In this document: positions 57,137 through 64,000 of the stretch, piece after piece | Layout: each line of letters begins with the position of its first letter | Numbering within the stretch: position 1 is the first letter of the stretch | Translations under genes and position numbers: made by a program | Notes under the pieces: model-generated | What the model was told of the DNA's origin: nothing | The model's database searches: none | What the model saw: only the letters and a program-made list of their open reading frames with translations | Assembly: GCA_964458155.1 (NCBI GenBank) | Contig: CAYWGP010000245.1 | Span: 2,521 to 66,520 of the forward strand | From: an uncultured Bacteroides sp. | Lineage (GTDB): Bacteria; Bacteroidota; Bacteroidia; Bacteroidales; GCA-2748055 | Length of the DNA stretch: 64,000 bases | Direction of reading: 5' to 3'

Positions 57137-58114
57137 TCAGCTCTTCTCAGTCTTTTTATCCAGGCGCTTCCAGATAAGGGCTGCAGCCCCCAGCACGGCA
57201 ATATTCTTTTTCAAAAGAGCAGAAGGAACAATATCAATCTTGTCCTTGTAGATGGGCAGGAGGTGTTCTTCCATACTCTTCTTAGTGGGATCAATAATCC
57301 AATTTCCTGACTTGGCTAATCCGCCGAAAAGAAAAATACGCGCGGGACTGATATAGGCAACCGTATCGGCCAGGGCCCTCCCAAGCAGGTATCCAGTTCT
57401 TTCAAAAGCTTTGATGGCTATGGGATCGCCAGCTTCAGCCAGGGATGAAATTAATTTGGGCTTTAATTTAGAGAAGGGTATTTTTCTAAATGCGCTATCG
57501 ATGTTTTCTTCAGCCATCAACTCATAAACAGTCCGCTTAATCCCGGTGGCCGACACATAAGCTTCAAGACAACCCCTTTTACCACACCCACACTGCCGGC
57601 CATGCTCATAAACGAGCACATGTCCCAGCTCTCCGGCAAAGCCATCGTGTCCGTAAATAATATCTCCATTCACCACCAGACCGCTTCCAAGACCTGTACC
57701 AAGAGTGATCATCACGAAATTTTTAAGATCGCCGGCATCCCCAAAAATCATTTCGCCCAGGGCCGCGGCATTGGCATCATTGGTAACCAGAATGGGAAGA
57801 TGAAACTGATTTTCCATCAGTTTTACAAATTCAATTCTGCCTTTCCATGCCAGGTTGGGAGCGTTCTCGATGGTCCCTTCATAGTAATTTCCATTGGGTG
57901 CCCCAACACCAATACCCAGCAGGAGAAAAGAAGTTTCAATCTGCTCCAGGCTCTGCATAACGTGGGTATGAAGGGCACGTATAAACTCTTCAATGGTGTC
58001 GTAGCCGCGGGTGCTGATCTCATCTTCATAGTGGATGGATCCTTCTCGATCCACCAGTCCGATTTTTGTAAAGGTTCCTCCAATATCTATTCCAAGAACA
58101 ACTTCTAGAGCCAT
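57137..58114 (-). CDS. ROK family sugar kinase (glucokinase-like)
   Basis: GIDIGGT ATP-binding motif, and the ROK zinc motif GHVLVYEHGRQCGCGKRGCLEAY. Confidence 0.88.
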   Translation of the reverse strand: MALEVVLGIDIGGTFTKIGLVDREGSIHYEDEISTRGYDTIEEFIRALHTHVMQSLEQIETSFLLLGIGVGAPNGNYYEGTIENAPNLAWKGRIEFVKLMENQFHLPILVTNDANAAALGEMIFGDAGDLKNFVMITLGTGLGSGLVVNGDIIYGHDGFAGELGHVLVYEHGRQCGCGKRGCLEAYVSATGIKRTVYELMAEENIDSAFRKIPFSKLKPKLISSLAEAGDPIAIKAFERTGYLLGRALADTVAYISPARIFLFGGLAKSGNWIIDPTKKSMEEHLLPIYKDKIDIVPSALLKKNIAVLGAAALIWKRLDKKTEKS

Positions 58115-58202
58115 ATAATTTGAGAATTATGATTAAAGTGTATAAAAGTAACAAATCTCATCTGATTACGTTAAATTAGCTGAGATATCTAAAAATAAAA
58201 AT

Positions 58203-59057
58203 ATGACCAATTTTATAGTTCCCATCGATTTTTCAGTGGATTCCTTAAAAGGTCTTCAGTGGGCCATTTTGTTTTCGCAGAAAAAAACCATTAATATTCA
58301 GATGGTCTACGTCTTAACCAACAGCTCCCATTTTCAAACCAGCATGGTTGAGCAAGAAGAAGAATTTGCAGAAAACCAGTTTAAAAAATTGGTATTGGAT
58401 TATGAGCCTCTCCTCGGGCATCAGTCCAAACTGGGATATATTATCAAAAAAGGAAAGGTCTACAGGGAGATTATAAATCAGGTGAATTCACTTAAAAATG
58501 TGGTTGTATCCAGTTCTACCCATGGTGCATCGGGTTTCGAGGAACTTTTTATTGGGAGTAATGCCCTGAAAATAATGGCCGCCACCGACCAGCCAGTATT
58601 TACCCTGCGCACCAGAGTTCCGGACGATGTTAAAAAAATTGTCGTGCCTATAAAGAGAGATCCTGATACCCGTCAAAAGACCCTTATTGCTGCAGACCTG
58701 GCTGAACTTTTTGGAGCGGAGCTCCATGTGATATCCATAACCAGCCTGACAGGTGAAAAGGATCGCGCCTCGCTTGAGACATATTCAAAGCAGGTAGTCA
58801 ACTATTTTAAAGCCAGAAAATTAAAAACCACCACCAAAACGCTGACCGGGGATAATCTGGCAAATCTTACATGTAATTATGCAGAGGCAGTAAATGCAGA
58901 TCTGATCACCATCATGGCCAGCGCAGTAGATAAGTGGAATGTCCTACTTGGCAGCTATGAACAGCAGATGGTTAGTAATGCTACAGCGCCCTTGCTGAGC
59001 ATTACCCCGAAAGAAAATCAGATGCCAGAAGGGTTCAACACTTTTGAGGGGGATTAA
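58203..59057 (+). CDS. Tandem universal stress protein (UspA) domain protein
   Basis: Two ~140-aa halves, each starting with an (I/V)VP(I/V) strand (FIVPIDFS and IVVPIKRD) and carrying further hydrophobic beta-strand stretches, typical of Usp folds. Confidence 0.75.
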   Translation: MTNFIVPIDFSVDSLKGLQWAILFSQKKTINIQMVYVLTNSSHFQTSMVEQEEEFAENQFKKLVLDYEPLLGHQSKLGYIIKKGKVYREIINQVNSLKNVVVSSSTHGASGFEELFIGSNALKIMAATDQPVFTLRTRVPDDVKKIVVPIKRDPDTRQKTLIAADLAELFGAELHVISITSLTGEKDRASLETYSKQVVNYFKARKLKTTTKTLTGDNLANLTCNYAEAVNADLITIMASAVDKWNVLLGSYEQQMVSNATAPLLSITPKENQMPEGFNTFEGD

Positions 59058-59116
59058 TCATAGCCAAGCAGAAAGAACATACGGCTTACAGCATTGGATC
59101 GCAGTTTAAGGCCCTG

Positions 59117-60979
59117 ATGGGGTCAATGCCCTTCGCAGCCTGGTTTAAGGATGAAAATGGAATTTTCACCCAGGTTAACGAGATGTTTTTAAACTCCCTG
59201 GACAAAGAACTTTCACAGGTCATTGGCAAAGGGGACATGGAGGTATTTGACCGGGAGGAAGCCAAGTTGATACAGGAAGGAGAGCTGGAAGTTAAAAGAA
59301 GCGGAAAAAGCAGTGAATCTACCTATTCCCGGAAGAAGAGAATCATTAAGGCGGTTCATTTCCCGGTTAGAGATGAGCAAGGAAAGATAATCGGAACAGG
59401 AGGATATAGGGAGGATGTTACCAACCTGACAAACTCTCTGCAGACACTGCATCGGGAGCGTGAAACTCTTGAGAATCTCCTGGAGACAATGCCTTTTTGT
59501 ATTTTCTTTACCGACAGGCAACATAACTATTTAAGGGTAAACCGGATGATGGCAAAACTGCTCCGGGTCTCCGGCCCCGACAAAGCCATAGGGAAAACCA
59601 ATAAGGTGTTTTTTACCAAACGGGTTGCCAGGAAAATGATAGAGGAGGATCGGGACATTCTTGAAACCGGCTTTCCTATTGTTAACAAGATTGTCTATTT
59701 CGAAGATGATGGCGTTGAGGGGTTCTGGATGGAAAAGAATAAAATCCCCATAAGAGATGAACGGGGTGTGATTACCATGATCATGGGAATCTTCAAGGAT
59801 GTTTCCGACCTGATGTTAATTGAAAATGAATTAAAAGAGGCCAAGGAAAGAGCTGAAGAGTCGGATCGCCTGAAAACATCTTTTCTGGCCAACATGTCCC
59901 ATGAAATAAGGACCCCCATGAATGGCATTATCGGCTTTGCCAATCTCCTGAGGGATCCCGGTCTGTCCGAAGAGAAAAAAGACCTTTTTCTGAAGCACAT
60001 CGATCATTCTTCCGGTCAGCTCCTGAATATAATTGATGATATAATCGATATTTCGAAGATTGAATCGGGACAGATGAAGATTTCCAACAAACCTGTTCGG
60101 ATCAATGGAATGCTTGAGGAGATCTACTCTTCATTCTTTCACAGCATCAGGGGGGATGGTCCGGGAGACAAGAAGGTTGCTTTTAACCTGAAGAAGGGAA
60201 ATGACGCGTATGATTTCACCATTGTTGCCGACGATTTCAGATTGAGCCAGATTTTCAACAACCTGATTGGAAATGCCATAAAGTTCACTAAAGAGGGACA
60301 TATAACTTTTGGATATACACTGAAGAATCATCGCCATGTGGAGTTTTTCGTCAGTGATAGCGGCATTGGGATTCCCAATAACAAAATCAAGCTTATTTTT
60401 GACAGATTCGGACAGGTGAATCAGGAGCGCTCGCTTCAAGCTTCCGGGACCGGGCTGGGATTGCCCATCTCCAAGAGCCTGGTAAATCTGATGGGAGGCG
60501 AAATGTGGGTTAAATCAGATGTGGGGAAAGGATGCACATTTTATTTTACACTTCCACTTGTGATTGAACAGCCCGTTGAGGAGGCCAGGGTTCTGATATC
60601 CAATAAAAGCTACAACTGGAGTAATAAGCTGATCCTTGTAGCAGAGGACGAAGATTTAAACTGGATGTTTGTCAGGGAGATGTTGAGGCAGACCGGGGCT
60701 TCTATTCACAGGGCACGAGACGGAAACGAGGCGGTGGAACAAACCCGGAAACTCGATCCGCATGCCATCCTGATGGACATAAAAATGCCTAAAATGAGCG
60801 GTATTGAAGCGGCCAGAAAAATCAGGGAATTTAATAGTAGCGTTCCCATTATCGCACAAACAGCCTTTGTGATGGCCGAGGAGAAAGAGGAAAGCCTTAC
60901 GGCAGGATGCAATCATTTTGTAACCAAACCCCTCGACCGGACAACAATTATGGAACTTATTGACGGCTATTTTAAATGA
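59117..60979 (+). CDS. Hybrid sensor histidine kinase/response regulator with PAS domains
   Basis: Two PAS-like segments; HisKA H-box FLANMSHEIRTPMNGI; HATPase N/G boxes (NLIGNAIKFT, DSGIGI, GTGLGL); C-terminal receiver (ILVAEDEDLN…ILMDIKMPKMSG…TAF). Confidence 0.92.
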   Translation: MGSMPFAAWFKDENGIFTQVNEMFLNSLDKELSQVIGKGDMEVFDREEAKLIQEGELEVKRSGKSSESTYSRKKRIIKAVHFPVRDEQGKIIGTGGYREDVTNLTNSLQTLHRERETLENLLETMPFCIFFTDRQHNYLRVNRMMAKLLRVSGPDKAIGKTNKVFFTKRVARKMIEEDRDILETGFPIVNKIVYFEDDGVEGFWMEKNKIPIRDERGVITMIMGIFKDVSDLMLIENELKEAKERAEESDRLKTSFLANMSHEIRTPMNGIIGFANLLRDPGLSEEKKDLFLKHIDHSSGQLLNIIDDIIDISKIESGQMKISNKPVRINGMLEEIYSSFFHSIRGDGPGDKKVAFNLKKGNDAYDFTIVADDFRLSQIFNNLIGNAIKFTKEGHITFGYTLKNHRHVEFFVSDSGIGIPNNKIKLIFDRFGQVNQERSLQASGTGLGLPISKSLVNLMGGEMWVKSDVGKGCTFYFTLPLVIEQPVEEARVLISNKSYNWSNKLILVAEDEDLNWMFVREMLRQTGASIHRARDGNEAVEQTRKLDPHAILMDIKMPKMSGIEAARKIREFNSSVPIIAQTAFVMAEEKEESLTAGCNHFVTKPLDRTTIMELIDGYFK

Positions 60980-61650
60980 AAAAGGCAGTCATTATAGTTG
61001 CTGCCGGATCGGGCAGCAGAATGGGAGGGAAGCTTCCAAAGCAATATCTTCAACTTCAGGGGAAGCCGGTGATTGTTCATACCCTGGAACGATTTCGAAA
61101 TTTTGATCCGGAAATAAAGGTGGTGGTGGTTCTGGCCCGGGCTCATAAAGAGTTATGGGAGGAGGTGGCCTCAGCATATGATATTTGCGAGGGACTTACT
61201 CTTACAGAGGGTGGATCCACCCGTTATGACTCTGTAAAAAATGGATTAAAACACATTGGAGAGGAAGGTCTCGTTGGAATTCATGATGCTGTCCGGCCGC
61301 TGGTTAGTCTGGCCATTCTGACAGCCACGTATGAAGCCGCACAGCTCGAAGGAAGCGGTATTCCGGTAATCGAAATGGAGGAGTCGGTCAGGAAGCTGGA
61401 CAAAACAGGAACTTCCACCAACATGGACCGTTCCAACTTAAAGAAGGTGCAGACACCCCAGGTATTCAGAACCGATCGGATCCTGGAGGCATATAAGCAG
61501 GATTATGATCCGGCCTTCACCGATGATGCATCGGTATATGAGTCACTATACGGTTCCGTTACCCTGGTGGAAGGGAACCGCGAAAACATTAAGATTACCA
61601 CACCCGCCGATATGCAGCTTGCCTCTCTGCTTATTGCTTCTCCTGAGTAA
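60976..61650 (+). CDS. ispD: 2-C-methyl-D-erythritol 4-phosphate cytidylyltransferase
   Basis: IVAAGSGSRMG, PKQYL, IHDAVRP, VQTPQ. Confidence 0.93.
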   Translation: MKKAVIIVAAGSGSRMGGKLPKQYLQLQGKPVIVHTLERFRNFDPEIKVVVVLARAHKELWEEVASAYDICEGLTLTEGGSTRYDSVKNGLKHIGEEGLVGIHDAVRPLVSLAILTATYEAAQLEGSGIPVIEMEESVRKLDKTGTSTNMDRSNLKKVQTPQVFRTDRILEAYKQDYDPAFTDDASVYESLYGSVTLVEGNRENIKITTPADMQLASLLIASPE

Positions 61651-62311
61651 TATCCCCTCCAAGACTGTTAGTCACCTCCTTCAGTTCCGGATGGCCCATG
61701 TAGCCCACAAATGCTCCACCGGAGGAATTGGCATTCAAATACTCCGTGCTGTATACCTTAACCTGGGCCCCCGTATTGGCCTTTACCCAGGCTTTTTTTG
61801 CTTCCAGCTCATAGCCCAGGAAGTTTCCTGCACTATTGGCAATTACCGACAGGCTCCTGGTGTTCCCACGCAGGATGATATCTGAGCCTTTGACAACTCT
61901 TGCACTTATGGAATCGGCAGAAAGGGCAAACTCAGCTTTTCCCCCTGTATCCACTGAGAGACTAAGGGTTCTGAAGGGAAGGGTATCGGCCGACTGAACA
62001 ACAGCACCGCGGATGATTTCAAGACCTGAGAGCTCTGCAAAGTATAATTTTACTTTGATAGCTGGGGTCTTTTTAAATTCAGTGGGAGTTTTCAGCGTAA
62101 GCATGCCATTTCCCCAGGAAATTTTCAGCTTATTGGCCTCAGACTCTTCTTCGAATTTCAGGAAAGTGCTATCGGAAGCTATAAGTTCCAGATGGATGTT
62201 CCCGGCTACCTTGACTTGCTTGAACTGACTGGCAGAAGGAAGGGTAAACTCCTGTGCTGCAAGATTTAATGGAATAATCCAAAGGATAAAAAATGCTATT
62301 TTTGCTCTCAT
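61631..62311 (-). CDS. DUF2807/head-GIN-domain (putative auto-transporter adhesin head) protein
   Basis: A signal peptide followed by repeated beta-helix-like G-x-hydrophobic triplets (VAGNIHLELI, GGKAEFAL, GSDIILRG, GAQVKVY). Confidence 0.65.
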   Translation of the reverse strand: MRAKIAFFILWIIPLNLAAQEFTLPSASQFKQVKVAGNIHLELIASDSTFLKFEEESEANKLKISWGNGMLTLKTPTEFKKTPAIKVKLYFAELSGLEIIRGAVVQSADTLPFRTLSLSVDTGGKAEFALSADSISARVVKGSDIILRGNTRSLSVIANSAGNFLGYELEAKKAWVKANTGAQVKVYSTEYLNANSSGGAFVGYMGHPELKEVTNSLGGDITQEKQ

Positions 62312-62328
62312 AGGGCACCTTTTACCTG

Positions 62329-62336
62329 CAAAATTA
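62329..62336 (-). promoter_or_regulatory. Candidate -7 box (TAnnTTTG on the minus strand) for the DUF2807 gene
   Basis: The plus strand reads CAAAATTA, which is TAATTTTG on the minus strand, 18 nt upstream of the ATG at 62311. Confidence 0.35.
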
Positions 62337-62373
62337 CGTATAATATTTTATTACCTTGCAGCCCTTGAGCGTG

Positions 62374-63801
62374 ATGCATATGGCAAAGGCATTTAGTTTG
62401 TTATTAGTTTGTTTTCTGCTGTGTCATGCAACAGAAGCAATAGCTCAGGATTCCCTGTTGATTTCTGATGATAAATTGTATATCAACGACATCCAGATCA
62501 CAGGTAATAAGGTTACCCACGAATCAGTGATTCTAAGGGAACTGGTTTTTGCAGTGGGCGATACCGTTTTTAAAATGGAGCTACTAAACTCTCTGCAGCG
62601 AAGCCGGGAAAATCTGCTCAACCTGGCCATTTTCAATTTTGTGTATCTGAATGTCAAGCACCTGGGAAACAATCACATAAATCTTATTATTGAAGTTACC
62701 GAGCGATGGTATATCTGGCCAATTCCTATCCTGGAGTACGCCGATAGAAATTTTAGCAACTTCATAAAAAACTGGGATTGGGATAAGATCAATTACGGAG
62801 CCTGGTTAAAATGGAGTAATTTCAGGGGAAGGAATGAACTTTTAACTGCCAAGGTCCGGCTGGGCTATGTGAAGGAGTATTCCCTGGCCTATTCAAAACC
62901 TAACCTGGGCAAAAGGCAGAACCATGGAATCTCATTCGGGTTCAATGCAAATCAGCAGGACGAAGTAAATGTATCTACGGTTAATAACAAACCCAGTGAA
63001 TACACACCCGAAGATGTGCCTGCACAGACCAGGTTAAATGCATTTTTATCTTACACTTACAGGCCAAAATTTTATAGCAGACATAATCTTCGCTTTGAGT
63101 ATTTTGACTACCTGGCATCAGATTCGGTAGCTATTGTTAATCCCAATTATCTGGGGCAGGGGAATACACAAATGGATTTTTTCTTGTTGTCCTATGTATT
63201 TAGTTATGATATCAGAGATTCCAAAGTTTATCCCCTGGAAGGGTTTAATGTAAAATTAAAGGCAGAACAGGTCGGACTGGGCCTGATACAGGATTTTGAC
63301 TATCCGACATTTCGCATGACCGGTGTTTTGATGTATCATCAGAAACTTACCAATTGGCTCTATTTCTATAATACAACCAAAGCAAGGTATTCTTCAGAAA
63401 AAACCATGCCTCACTCTCTGAACAGGGCCCTGGGCTATAATGAGTACTTAAGCGCCTATGAACCCTATGTTATAGATGGATCTGATTATGTGATCACCTA
63501 TTATAACATTAAGTTTCAGATAGTTAAACCAAGCTCCTATACCATTCCTTTTATTAAGATGGAGCAGTTTAACAAAATTCATTATGCTTTTTACGTGAAC
63601 GTATTTGCCGATGCAGGATATGTCAGAAATGATTTTCCGAATCCAACCAATACCATGGTAAACAATTGGCAGTTTTCTGCAGGAATCGGACTGGACCTGG
63701 TTACCTATTATGACAAAGTATTCAGTATAAATTACTCTATCAACCGCTATGGTGAACATGGTGTCTTCCTGCATGTGGAAACACCCTTTTTCAGATGGTA
63801 A
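62374..63801 (+). CDS. Omp85/BamA-family outer-membrane protein (one POTRA domain + beta-barrel)
   Basis: Signal peptide MHMAKAFSLLLVCFLLCHATEAIAQ, a POTRA-like segment (INDIQITGNKVTHESVILREL), a beta-barrel pattern, and a C-terminal …ETPFFRW. Confidence 0.75.
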   Translation: MHMAKAFSLLLVCFLLCHATEAIAQDSLLISDDKLYINDIQITGNKVTHESVILRELVFAVGDTVFKMELLNSLQRSRENLLNLAIFNFVYLNVKHLGNNHINLIIEVTERWYIWPIPILEYADRNFSNFIKNWDWDKINYGAWLKWSNFRGRNELLTAKVRLGYVKEYSLAYSKPNLGKRQNHGISFGFNANQQDEVNVSTVNNKPSEYTPEDVPAQTRLNAFLSYTYRPKFYSRHNLRFEYFDYLASDSVAIVNPNYLGQGNTQMDFFLLSYVFSYDIRDSKVYPLEGFNVKLKAEQVGLGLIQDFDYPTFRMTGVLMYHQKLTNWLYFYNTTKARYSSEKTMPHSLNRALGYNEYLSAYEPYVIDGSDYVITYYNIKFQIVKPSSYTIPFIKMEQFNKIHYAFYVNVFADAGYVRNDFPNPTNTMVNNWQFSAGIGLDLVTYYDKVFSINYSINRYGEHGVFLHVETPFFRW

Positions 63802-63811
63802 AGATTTCAGT

Positions 63812-64000
63812 ATGAAAAGCGCAAAAACATATGCACTGCTAATCACTTCTGTGGTGGTCCTTTTTATAGTGCTGGTCCTGACAGTTAATGAGATTGCCGG
63901 ATTTAAACATTCACTTGTAGATTACCTGGTAATGGGTGTAGTGGCCATGGCCGGAACTTTTCTGATTATCAGGTGGTTTTTTATCCGTTATGTGGAAGCA
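63812..64000 (+). CDS. Membrane protein, N-terminal fragment (runs off the window end)
   Basis: ATG at 63812. The 63 codons are open to the window end and encode two hydrophobic helices (ALLITSVVVLFIVLVLTV; VMGVVAMAGTFLII). Confidence 0.4.
   Translation, partial: MKSAKTYALLITSVVVLFIVLVLTVNEIAGFKHSLVDYLVMGVVAMAGTFLIIRWFFIRYVEA

Noticed and set aside
59048-59116. A possible upstream extension of the hybrid histidine kinase ORF (the frame is open from 59048)
   Set aside because: Only non-canonical ATC and ATA codons are available upstream. The ATG at 59117 directly precedes the first PAS-like segment, so I kept the ATG start.
1-64000. A search by eye for rRNA, tRNA, tmRNA, CRISPR repeats, IS elements, integrases, phage genes, reverse transcriptases and toxin-antitoxin pairs
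   Set aside because: Intergenic spacers are short (mostly under 100 bp). None shows tRNA-like arms or regularly spaced repeats, and no ORF has transposase, integrase or RT motifs. A computational scan (tRNAscan-SE, Infernal, CRISPR finders) would be needed to exclude small RNAs definitively.

Overview
This is a densely packed, mostly housekeeping chromosomal segment. It is most consistent with a Bacteroidota (Bacteroidia-like) genome, for three reasons: many gene starts are preceded by the Bacteroidetes -7 box TAnnTTTG, Shine-Dalgarno sequences are absent, and phylum-typical gene pairs occur (DUF4271 next to hemD; TPR-DUF4292-EnvC). I can support about 60 protein-coding genes. Replication and repair: mutS (partial), dnaG, polA, uvrC, ruvB. 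RNA modification and translation: rlmN, mnmG, ybeY, rnpA, pheS. Cofactor and isoprenoid metabolism: queD, nadA, ispB-like, ispD, hemD, hemW. Nucleotide metabolism: apt, dut. Envelope and outer membrane: lgt, FadL-like, patatin-Omp85, Omp85, M23/EnvC-like, S41 protease, flippase. Regulators: ArsR, Crp/Fnr, Rrf2, LuxR, hybrid histidine kinase, anti-sigma-type kinase. I found no rRNA, tRNA, CRISPR array, transposase, integrase or phage gene. The least ordinary part is 42.8-55.3 kb. It contains a 1385-aa cytoplasmic protein that fuses an atypical GT4 glycosyltransferase, about 500 aa I cannot assign, and a C-terminal phosphodiester-glycosidase (DUF2233/NAGPA-like) domain. This gene lies convergent, across hemW, with a stand-alone paralogue of its own GT module. 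That paralogue is the last gene of an eight-gene co-directional run: lgt, zupT, two CDF exporters, a hemerythrin-like protein, a LuxR regulator with a degenerate receiver, a membrane-anchored coiled-coil protein, and GT4. Other points read directly from the sequence: a DnaG primase whose four zinc-ribbon ligands are all substituted; a 133-aa protein that keeps only the beta-carbonic-anhydrase zinc motifs, next to a sirtuin; a cluster of TTAACA/TGTTAA hexamers in the nadA/rpiB intergenic region; a 20-bp tandem duplication spanning the apt stop codon; and an rnpA whose conserved N-terminus has no canonical start codon. I see no clear-cut novel defence or mobile system. All functional calls rest on motif recognition by eye, not on database searches.
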